Assembly (NCBI GenBank): GCA_951406725.2
Contig: OX597814.1
Coordinates: forward strand, 133,796,001-133,860,000
Length of the DNA: 64,000 nucleotides
Source of the DNA: Octopus vulgaris
Lineage: Eukaryota
Reading direction: 5' to 3'
A program made the position numbers and the translations under genes. Positions 1 through 10,369 of the stretch are shown in pieces. The notes under the pieces are model-generated. The model was not told where the DNA came from, searched no databases, and saw only the letters and a program-made list of their open reading frames with translations. Every line of letters begins with the position of its first letter. The stretch's first letter is position 1.

Positions 1-169
1 GGTTAGCATATTTCTTGAAAGGATGCAGACGAATTACTAATAAGTTTATGAAGTTAAAACATATGTATATATGTTAGAATATAATATATATGCTCTAACG
101 TCTTAAACTTATTAGTAATTCGTCAGCATCTTTTCTAGAAATATATTAACCATTGTAATATAAGCTCAT

Positions 170-297
170 AAATCCCTGAGGAGATTCTGCTCCATATAGA
201 TGAACATGACTTACCAATTTTTAGCATAATACTCTACTCAAATGCTTAGAATTAGTAATCTCCCAGAGGCATGAATCGAAACATAAATGTAGGTTTT
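170..297 (+). ncRNA. Minimal type I hammerhead ribozyme motif with long stem II insert (Penelope pLTR-type)
   Basis: CTGAGGA (176-182), stem II GATTC/GAATC (183-187/273-277), GAAA (278-281), stem III CAT-AA-ATG, GUA cleavage triplet, weak stem I AAATCC/GGTTTT. Confidence 0.65.
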
Positions 298-741
298 TTT
301 GGCATCTGCCATTTCTTTTAGAATTTTATATTTTATAAAATATTTGTATTGTTTTTATAAAAAAAAACTTTCAATCTCATACAAATGAATTATTCTCCAT
401 TTTCTTCCTTTCATTATTAACAATATGTATTTCTATAATAATCTCTAACATATCGCCGAGACTTTCTCCTTATATGATAGTGATTAACTAGTGGAACTTC
501 TGGATTATTTAATCCCTAATGACGACCTCTTTGAGCTCGTCCGAAATCACTAACTTACAACCGGTGTTGGTGTGTTTACCTCTCCCGTATCTTATGGATT
601 CCGCCAGAGCGACTGTAGAATAAACACCAAGCTTTACAAAATGAGTAGTGCGGGGCAATCTGTTCTATTAAAATTTTCCAAAGTGGTAGCCCAGAATGGT
701 CGCGCTCTAATGACGGAAACGAGTGAAATATAAAATGTAAT

Positions 742-750
742 ACAGATATG

Positions 751-814
<64 letters not shown>

Positions 815-851
815 CATATATATATACATATATGTATATACATATGTATAT

Positions 852-883
<32 letters not shown>

Positions 884-891
884 GTATATAC

Positions 892-951
<60 letters not shown>

Positions 952-959
952 GTATATAC

Positions 960-1003
<44 letters not shown>
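742..1003. repeat. (TA)n/(TACA) microsatellite
   Basis: Direct inspection; source of the YI-repeat ORFs. Confidence 0.95.
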
Positions 1004-1006
<3 letters not shown>

Positions 1007-1523
1007 TTTAAACAAGATGATCAACATTTTTTATATTATTGAATGTTATGAATATTGAAATCATATTTGATATTATTGAATTATGCAAACATTGAATTTT
1101 TGAAACATGTTTTTCTACTATGTAATTTTAAATTTTTACCATTGATGAACAAAAAGTATCGTTGAATCAAGTTTGGCATGTATGTAAATAAATTTATTTA
1201 AAAACCTTTTTCTGCGTGGAAATACACCCCCTCTATTCTTATATATTTAAGAATAGAGGGGGGTGTATTTCCACGCAGGAAAAGTTTTAGTAGAATTTGT
1301 TGCTGAAAATGCACCTGAATTGTTTTTAAATAAATTTATTTACATATATGCCTAACTTGATTCAACGATACTTTTTGTTTACCAATGGTACAAATTTAAA
1401 ACTACATAGTAGAAAAACATGTTTAAAAGATTCAATGATGGCATAATTCAATAATATCAAATATGATTTCAATATTCATTATATTCAATAATAAAAAATG
1501 TGGATCATCTTGTTGAAAATGCA
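1003..1523. repeat. ~520-bp imperfect palindrome (fold-back)
   Basis: Left arm 1003-1241 is the reverse complement of right arm 1248-1523 (TGCATTT...CTCTATTCTTA / TAAGAATAGAG...AAATGCA). The right arm carries ~35 extra bp near 1289-1322. Confidence 0.9.
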
Positions 1524-1809
1524 CAAATTTCAATAGTGTTAGAAGTGATCGATAAGAAATGTGGATCACCGACGGTTCGGTCATACTGAGTTAAGAGGAA
1601 GTAAAATAAGGGAGAAATGAAGATAGTAAAAGAAAGAAGTTTTGTTACAGTTTCTCTGATCCTTGGACTGTCGGGTGCGGGGATTTTTGCTTGTAACGGC
1701 GTTTTTTAATCCAGTGTATTTATAAATTTTTCCTTGAACGGATCTGATTTTTGACTCATTAAAGTACTGTTGACGGTTTATTTTTCTAGTCGTCAAGTTT
1801 GTCGTTCTG

Positions 1810-2026
1810 CCTGGTTGACTTCCCTGTGGAAAGCGATTAGCCGTCCCTCGTGTGAGACACACAGACTCAGTAACTTTATTGACGTCCTCCTTAAACCTAT
1901 TCTCCAATATATTCCAAGTTTTATATGGGATGATCTGGACTTTTTAAACCACCTTCCAAACAAAACCAGCAAGGACTCCCTTCTGGTTTCATTTGATGTA
2001 ATAAGCTTCTACACCTCTAGTCCTAA
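1810..2026 (+). pseudogene. Penelope-like retroelement reverse transcriptase fragment
   Basis: Translation 'SCETHRLSNFIDVLLKPILQYIPSFIWDDLDFLNHLP...LLVSFDVISFYTSSP' matches the Penelope RT pattern LS..D.LL.P...IPSYI.D..DFL...L.SFDV.SLYT.IP. Confidence 0.8.
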
Positions 2027-2444
2027 AGCTTTAGTCTTATATTTATAAGACTGCCATATTAGTATGGCGATAACTATTAATTCCCAGTAACGCTGCCGTA
2101 ATCTCCTTTAGAGAGACTTAGTAATTTTAATATTTCTATTATTGAAAACAAGTGGATGTATTCCACTGAAAATAGGTAAATAAAGCCTTCGAACTGGGAC
2201 GATCAGTAGCGACACCTGCAAGTCTGACTACGCTGCATTGATAAGGGGCAACAACCCTGAAACGTCTGTAGCTGTCTGACTGGCAGGATGAAGCGGCTGA
2301 TCTCCCTTGTTCGAAGGTTTTTAATGGACGCAGGTTCGTGTGTCAAATAGCTAGCTTGAGGCGGTGGCCTCATGGAGCTAACTAGCGACAGCTTTAGTCT
2401 TATATTTATAAGACTGCCGTATTAGTATGGCGATAACTATTAAT
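2027..2444 (+). mobile_element. 363-bp structured unit with 55-bp terminal direct repeats containing a hammerhead (pLTR / retrozyme-like monomer)
   Basis: AGCTTTAGTCTTATATTTATAAGACTGCCRTATTAGTATGGCGATAACTATTAAT at 2027-2081 and 2390-2444 (1 mismatch); internal long stems. Confidence 0.65.
2232..2272 (+). ncRNA. Minimal type I hammerhead ribozyme, U3-A8 core variant
   Basis: Stem I GCTGCA/TGTAGC; core TTGATAA; stem II GGGG-CAACAA-CCCT; GAAA; palindromic ACGT stem III; GUC triplet. Confidence 0.7.
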
Positions 2445-2483
2445 ATATATATATATATATATATTGATAAAACGGTAAGATAA

Positions 2484-3206
2484 AAATATACACCTATCAC
2501 TAGCCCAACAGTAAGGAAAAGGAATAATAGAAATAGGAAGGTCATCTGGTTTACGCCCCCTTACTCACCCGAGGTGGCCTTCAATATAGGTAAATATTTC
2601 CTAGCACTGATAGATAGACATTTTCCAGTTAACCATACTTATAGGAAACTCTTCAATAGACACAATTTAAAAATTAGTTTTAGATCAACTACCAATTTTA
2701 AAAACATAATCAAACATAACATACAAAAAACACAACAACAAAACAGCTGTTCATGCAGGAATAAAGAATTGTGCCCGCTAAATGGAGCTTGCATGTCCAA
2801 GACCATCATATATGAAGCTACCGTAAACTCTATAACCACTAAAGACACCGTTTCGACGAAGAAATACGTGGGCCTTACAGAGGGTAATTTCAAGGCCAGG
2901 TTCAATAACCACACTTTGAGCTTTAGGAACTGGAACAAAAGAAAAGCGACACAATTATCTAATCATATTTGGTATTTAAGAGATAAAGGTGTCGATTATA
3001 ACATACAATGGAAGATTTTGGCCAGATGTAAGCCCTATACTAACGGCAGCGGAAGGTGCGGTCTATGCGACATGGAGAGATGGCTTATCTGGAAAAGCAG
3101 CTTAGACCCTACTACATGTCTAAATACAAGGACAGAGCTTTTCGGATCATGCCCACATGTGACTAAATTTCTGTTACGTTTTTGGTCCCCTAAAGAAAAC
3201 AGATAG
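2484..3206 (+). CDS. Penelope-like linker + GIY-YIG endonuclease (truncated C-terminal part of ORF)
   Basis: Open frame from 2484: RKVIWFTPPYS..V..NIG, CSCR....CPL.G.C, IIYEA...YVG.TEG.FK.RF.NH, LS..IW.L, C.LC..E, LN.R.EL...C.H. Confidence 0.85.
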   Translation, partial: KYTPITSPTVRKRNNRNRKVIWFTPPYSPEVAFNIGKYFLALIDRHFPVNHTYRKLFNRHNLKISFRSTTNFKNIIKHNIQKTQQQNSCSCRNKELCPLNGACMSKTIIYEATVNSITTKDTVSTKKYVGLTEGNFKARFNNHTLSFRNWNKRKATQLSNHIWYLRDKGVDYNIQWKILARCKPYTNGSGRCGLCDMERWLIWKSSLDPTTCLNTRTELFGSCPHVTKFLLRFWSPKENR

Positions 3207-3402
3207 AACATGCTTTCTATGTTATGTCCCAAGAAGAATTTATATATTTTTATATATTTTTATATATTTTTTATATATTTTTTATGTATTTTTATATAAT
3301 TTTTACATAATTTTTATGACGAAAAATGCGAGCGATGTATAGTTATAACAGAGTAATTTCCCTTTATTTAACGGTATTTTTTCATGACATTTTCAAATAG
3401 CC

Positions 3403-3465
3403 AGATAACCGAAGAGATGGTGTTGTGGATTTCCACTTCGGCATCTGAAACTCAGAGTTTTATCT
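3403..3465 (+). ncRNA. Hammerhead-like motif (CCGA core variant, GUU triplet)
   Basis: Stem I AGATAA/TTATCT; CCGAAGA; stem II GATG/CATC; GAAA; stem III CTCAGAG. Confidence 0.55.
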
Positions 3466-3487
3466 TGACTGCCGAGTAATGTAACAT

Positions 3488-3541
<54 letters not shown>

Positions 3542-3590
3542 TATGGCGATAACTATTAATATATATATATATATATACATATATATATTA

Positions 3591-3804
3591 CGAGGTGGTG
3601 CTTAAAAGTTCTTGACTTTGGGTAAAAGGTAATACGGGAGGATCAGTTATGATTTTATTTAACATATTTCCCCTCCCAGCTTCACAAATTTATTGCAGCG
3701 GTCCTTCTGTTTTTCTAAGCCTTGTAAAAGAACTTGCAACGTTGAGCCTCCAATCAGGTTTTTCGAAATATCCTTAAAGCCAGGAACTTTTCAACACCCC
3801 CTCG
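3591..3804. mobile_element. Tc1/mariner-type MITE with TA target-site duplication
   Basis: TA|CGAGGTGGTGCTTAAAAGTTCTTGACTTT ... AAAGCCAGGAACTTTTCAACACCCCCTCG|TA, ~29-bp imperfect TIRs. Confidence 0.85.
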
Positions 3805-4014
3805 TATGCATCTAATCTAAGATACATATGGGATAGATACAAAGACTAGCACACAGTTATGAAACACGCCCTTGTATACTAAACGAAAAAATCAACCGAT
3901 ACGTGATCGCAATTTTATCCACACGAGCACCTTGCATTCACACAGACATATATACAGAGATAGAGTTACATATACAAATATATATATATATATTCATTTA
4001 TATATAAAAACACA

Positions 4015-4628
<614 letters not shown>

Positions 4629-4799
4629 TATGGCCCGTCGTTGGCGGGTCATAGTGCTAGTGCATGTATATATGTGTATATATATGTGTACATATTACAT
4701 GTACATCTATATATATATACATCTACACATAAAATACAAAATACAAAGTTATATCTTGATATTGCTAGTGATAACAATACTCAAAATATATAACAGACT

Positions 4800-5111
4800 G
4801 GAATTGTAAGCTCGTCTCTTGCAATTTCGATCAATTGTATCTTGTCCTCCCTCTTTTATAGAAGTGTGGCTACAATCCAGCCTACCTCAACTTCGGGGGG
4901 AGGGAGCATTTTTTATTTTTATCCTGCACGACCTACGTCCCAGATATAAAGGTAAAAATAAAATATTTCCACTTTGTAAGTTCGAGTTGAGTACTCCCTT
5001 GCACGCTCCTTTGACTCGAACCTTGCTTCTATTGTGGCGAATTTACCGCCTCTGGTTAGATATCTTTCATAGTCGCACCAAGACACTTTTCGATAGTGCT
5101 TTCCTCCAGGT
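4800..5111 (-). pseudogene. Degenerate Tx1-like ORF1 fragment (element C)
   Basis: With frameshifts reads 'NLEESTIEKCLGATMKDI / YLTRGGKFATIEARFESKERARE / FLPLYLGRRSCRIKIKNAPSPEVEVGWIVATLL', homologous to ORF1 of the two neighbouring elements (IEKCLG, RGKKFGTVEVR, PSYKGRR, NIPPEV..EW). Confidence 0.75.
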
Positions 5112-5357
5112 TGTTTTATTATTACCCACAAGGGGCGAACATAGATGGGACAATACAATCTGATGATGGGGTCAGACAAACGAATGGGTTTTTACAATAA
5201 ATCGGATTTAAAAATTTTCATGAATTACAATAAATGGACAGAAATCGAATGATGGGACAGACCGGAAGACATTACGGGTGGAGTGGGTGCGGGTTTAGCT
5301 CGGACCCCACGAGCCCCGCCTCCCCACTGATACTTTTGGTTGCGCTTGGTATTACAT

Positions 5358-8300
5358 TTATGTTGTATCTTTCACTCGCAACTTTCGTGCTACATCCTTC
5401 CATCGTTCTTCATACACTCTCCTAGTCAGGCATATTCTCTCCAGCCCTATCTTCCTTTTCAGGTGAAAGATGAAATACTTCATCAAACCAGGGCCGGAGA
5501 TGAACTTGCCTGACTGTAAACCTTTCATTCTCGTCTTCCATATCACCTCTTTCGCAATTGCTACTACAACGAGAAAACGAAACTTACCTTCATTCACGAG
5601 GAAATCCGGTGGGTCAATTTTTGTAATCGACTCAGTCGACAGCTGTACTCTTCGTGTACCTGACAACAGCTGTTCGGCATAAACCCACACCTCAGACACG
5701 TCCGGACAATGAACAATAGCGTGCGGGACGGTTTCCCTATCCCGCCCGCATCTTGGACATATCGGACTGTCTTGGCCACCGTGCCTTGCGAGTTTATCCC
5801 GAACAGGTAGAGCTCCTCTGTAGCATTGCCATGCCAGAGACTTCTGGAAGTTGTCCAGTGTCCTCGGCTCGAACGTACGTCGGAACAGACTGGCCAGCTG
5901 ATTATCGTCGAGACCTAGGGTTTCCCCCAAGGTATCTTCACATTCCGCCTCAACCAACCCTCTATAGAAGAATGTGGTGGAACCCCCACCGCAGGCGTTG
6001 CCCGAGCGACGGAATAGCAGGAGAGCCTTGCGACACTCCGTGTACCAAGTACCAAGTTTCGATCTACGATTCAGCCAGGTTTCCCATCCACCGAAACTAG
6101 TGAACTTGGGAAACATCAGTTTTGCTAGCGAAGACCACACCCGTTCACCATCCAGGTAGACCACAGATGTCTTAACCTCAGCGCATGTCTGCGCATCATC
6201 AGCCAAGGCATCCCTAGCCCACCCTTTAACGGTTGTTGACAGCAAGTAGAGCGTTTCACAAGTGGTTTCCCGCCCTTCCACAAGAAGTAGAAGAGCTGTC
6301 TTTCCAACTTGATCAACCACGAATCAGGGCAAGGAACGACGGAAAGGCGGTAGGTGATAACCGATGCGATAAACACATTGGCCACCTCCGCCCTCCCTTT
6401 CAGGGATAGCCACCGCCAAGACCAGGTCTTGGCTACTGCAGCCACCTTGCTCGTTACCTCGCCCCAATTCTTCTCTATTTGGAGGTCTGGACCGAACCAG
6501 ACCCCTAGCAGTTTAATCGGACCCTCCGTCCAACGTCCCACGACGCTGTCAGGAGGCATCGACTTGCCTCTCCAGGTGCCGAGTTGCAAGCCGACTGACT
6601 TTTCGCGATTAACTTTTGCTCCTGTCACCGTCTCGTAAACCTCTATGGCCTTGCCTACTTTACATAGGTGGTCCATTTCGGTTACGATGATGGTGATGTC
6701 ATCCGCGTACGCTGACACTGATTTTCCATTACCTGGCTGTCTCGGGATGCCGCTCAGTTTTCGCAGTAATGGCTCAAGAGCCATCACGTACAAAAGCGGG
6801 GAGAGCGGACACCCTTGACGAACCGAGTGTTTGATTTTGAACGGCTTCGACAAGAAGCCGTTCACCCGAACTACCGAGTCGATGTTATCATAAATTTGGA
6901 TAATCCACCTGAGGAAGCCAAGGCTCAGCCCGAACTGTGCCAGGGCAGCTACCAGGTAACGATGGTCGACCCTATCAAAAGCTTTAGATTGGTCTAAATG
7001 GACCAGTGCCCCACCCTTGCCAGAATCACTATTAAACCCCTCTATAGTGTACCGCATTAGATGGAGATTATCCTGAATGGATCTGCCCGGAACGGCACAT
7101 GTCTGTGCCTCTCCGATCAGACCATCCGCGACACGCGCCAATCTTTTCGATAACACTTTGGCCAAAATCTTCAACTCTGTGTTTAGCAGAGTGATGGGCC
7201 TGAAATTATCAATGCACTCCCCCTTGCTCGGGTCCTTTCTGACGAGAGTCACTACTCCCCGGCGCACAGATCTGGGTATAAGCCCGTTCTGCTGCCAGTT
7301 CGCATAGACCTCCGCCAGTAGGTGCCCGAACAAGTCTGGCATACTCTTATATAACTCATAGGGTAGACCATCCAAACCCGGCGCCTTGCCCGCGCCGCAG
7401 TCCGCCATTGCCTCAACCACCTCCTCAGGCGTGATTGGCCCTTCACAGCCCTCCGCATCTCGCCCCGATAAGCGCGGCAGACCGTCGAGGAGGTCCGTAA
7501 AGGCCCTCCTCCTATCCAGTCCGCCGCACTCACCGAAAAGCTGAGCGAAGTGCTCCTGAAAGGCCTCACACATCTCCTCGGGTTCGTTTATCAACTCACC
7601 TTGTTGGTTCGTCAAAGATCGAATCGTGGCATCGTTACCATGCTGAGCTTCCACCACTCGGGCCCATCTCACGGCGTTGATTCCTTCACATCCCATATGA
7701 CGGATTCTAGCCCTGACAATGCAGCCCATGTGTTTGGCCTCGAGGTGCTGGTTTAACACCAGTCTCTTGGACGCCACCTGAGCCGCAGAGCCAGTTTTCA
7801 TGGCTTCCTCTAATTCCTTAACTAGAGTAGTTTCCCTTCTAGCCTCTCTAGCCACTACTCCTATGCTATATCTAATAGACTCAAACTTGATGGCTCGTTT
7901 GAGGGCGTACCACCATTTGTTATTAATGATGGTACCAGATAGTGCCCTCTGAATTATATTCCTAATCCGGTCTTTGTACTCCTTAATCGCCAAAAGGGAC
8001 GTATTAAGTTTCCAGTAACCGGATCCTCTATTTTTAACCTTATCTATGTCAAGCTTACAAGTGACCATTTTATGATCACTGTAGCTGATCGGGTAAAACT
8101 GTGGACACTTAGCTATTTTACTGTCTACTTTTCTAATTAGTATTCTATCTAAATATGACCTGGAAGATCCGTCGCTGTTTGACCATGTCCACAATGGAGC
8201 GTTCGGAAATTCCAGCCTATAAGGATCTGCTAGCTCAAAGCGGCTTAGCAGTTCCATGAAGCCACTGTTGCCTTTTCTATCTGGACGCGAGCCAACACAA

Positions 8301-8752
8301 TCTACATCCGCTTTGCAAATTGTGTTAAAGTCTCCTAGCACCACTAATGAATGCGAAGTACCAAGAAAGTTTTCTAGTTCACGAAAATAATCACTTTGCC
8401 CTGTATGGTTGGGTGCGTAAATTGCAACCAGTCTGATAACTTTACCATTACTGAACGTCAAATCCATGACGACCAGCCTACCTTCTGGATCTGCAAAAAT
8501 TAACTTTTTCTCAGAAACCCGGTTTCTTTTTAATAGGACCAACACCCCACTCCCGCCTGTAGGACTGCCAGGAGAGAAAAAACTCTCGTAGCCGTCAAAC
8601 AGCGGGAGTAGACCTCTTGGCCCCTCTAACCGGGTTTCTGTAGCAACAATAACATCTAAATTACGCGACCTGATATCATGCAGGAAGCGACCTTGCTTCC
8701 AGCCTGCTCCAAGGCCGCGCACATTCAAACAACCAACATAAATGTAATCCAT
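5358..8752 (-). pseudogene. ORF2: APE endonuclease + reverse transcriptase + C-terminal cysteine motif; one frameshift near 6165
   Basis: APE motifs LNVRGL, ETRL, GDFN, SYLDRIL, SDH; RT motifs KAPGLDG, FRPITLLN, DQSKAFDRVDH, VRQGCPLSP, YADD; C-terminal CPRC...ETVPHAIVHC in a second frame. Confidence 0.93.
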
Positions 8753-8760
8753 TACTTACC

Positions 8761-10142
8761 TTATATCAGTGGTTCGGTTTTCTCTTGTTCTTCTAACTCT
8801 TTTTCTGGGCCTCGTGGGGGAGTCTGACGTAGGCCCTCGAATATATGTGGAGATGTCACATCCAATCTAAGTGGGCCTACGTCATGGAAGAATTCTGACT
8901 TTATCCGCCCGTAATCCTTCCGGCCTATTCTGTAAATTACAAAGTCGTTTTTTTTTCACTACTTTCTCCACTTTGGCCATGGCTGCCAACACGTTTCCGA
9001 GTCTGCTATTTGCTGCCTTTACGGCCATATACGAGTTCATTGACTCTTTTTTCTTTTTTAAAATTACTCTGGGAGGGGTGGTTTCCGTTTTTCTTTTTTT
9101 TTTTCCGGTAATGTTTGCCCACCCCTCCTCATTTATCTTTTCCTCGCTCTTTTTTTCCTCCGCCGCTGGTTCTGCTGTCACCGTCACCTCCACACCTTCA
9201 GTCTTCCCTTCTGGGCCGTCCGACGCTGCTTCTGGTGACACATTATCTTCTTTTTCTTTTGGCTTTGGTGCTTCCTGCGGTTTGGGTTGGGGTTGGCATT
9301 CCGCCCTTACATGACCCTTCTTGCCGCAGCCGAAGCACCTCGGCTTCCTGCCCTCCACGAAAACTGTTATTTTCTCGTCTTCACTAATCTTTACCGTTTC
9401 TGGAATTTCTTCCAGTGTTTGCACCTCCGCCTGAATGGCTATCACTATTTTCTGCCCTTTCCAGAACTCCTCTTCCTCCACTGTGGCCTGGAGGATGTTT
9501 ATTTTTTCCTCCAGACCTACCATCACTGCTGCCACCAGACATTCAGCATCTGCCTCTGGCGGTATGTTGTTCATTGAAATTTTCGACGTCCTTTTTCCTT
9601 TATACAATGGTAGTAAGACAATGTTTTCCGCTTTGATCGGCTCCATCGATAGTTTCTTCGCTATCTCCTCCGTAGTAAAACGCACCTCCACTGTGCCGCA
9701 TCTTTTTCCTCTGTTTATATACGTTATTTTATCCATAAAAGGTTTTAGACAAAACTCTATTTTTTTTTCTTCGATTTTTTGGATCATTTTTGTCGTTGTG
9801 TCGTAAGTTTTATATATTATTCTTTTTTTTTTCTATCTCGTCATGTTTTTGTATGTTTGTGGCCACAGTCACTTCTGTGCCTTCTTTTTTTACACAGTCT
9901 GCAAATTTTCCAAAATTTTCTATATTTATTTTTTTGATCTTTTTCCCAGCCACTTCAGCGAATTTTTTTGCTGGAGTTGATGCTGGTACTGGTTTTTCCA
10001 TTTTCTTGGGCGACGCCGCCTCTTTTTTTCTTCGGCGACAACACCTCTTTTTTTCTTGGCGACAACGCCTCTTTTTTCTTGGCGACAACGCCGGGTATTC
10101 ATCCTCGCTCGTCACGGGCGAATAAGAGATGGGGGACTCCAT
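8761..10142 (-). pseudogene. ORF1 (gag-like nucleic-acid-binding protein, zinc knuckle), frameshifted
   Basis: Segments 10142-9810 and 9787-8882; CFGCGKKGHVRAEC zinc knuckle; lies directly upstream of ORF2. Confidence 0.85.
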
Positions 10143-10369
10143 CTTGAACAAATGGCTTTAACAAGCCTTTGGTAAATCCAAATTAATGGTAGTTTTCCCC
10201 CACTGAGGGGGGAACACCAACGCGAAGTCTTCGCGCGAAGGCTGACTTCGTCAGTTAGACAACAATAGACAAAACAGGTAGACCAACAGTATATAATAAC
10301 AGAGATAATAGTACGAGAGCAAAAATATATCAACTTACTAATAACGCAAAAAATTGATTTCCTCCAGGT

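Larger units (their letters stand above)
2465..3490 (+). mobile_element. 5'-truncated Penelope-like element (C-terminal GIY-YIG endonuclease, probably Naiad-type) with 3' hammerhead
   Basis: GIY-YIG ORF followed by a T-rich UTR and an HHR motif at 3403-3465; flanked by (TA)n tracts. Confidence 0.85.
5112..10357 (-). mobile_element. Near full-length Tx1/L1-superfamily non-LTR retrotransposon (element B), frameshifted
   Basis: ~200-bp 5'UTR, CCHC-containing ORF1, APE-RT-zinc finger ORF2, 3'UTR ending in AATAAA; flanked by the identical 12-mer TTTCCTCCAGGT at 5100-5111 and 10358-10369. Confidence 0.92.

Noticed and set aside
3207-3400. SECIS element / selenocysteine recoding, as described for some Naiad elements
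   Set aside because: There is no in-frame TGA in the visible ORF, and the ATGAC...ATGAC stem at ~3316-3388 lacks correct SECIS geometry. TGA codons in other remnants look like decay.
10170-10230. U1 snRNA-like 3' segment as a Tx1 target
   Set aside because: Only a few bases resemble the Sm-site region; there is no real alignment
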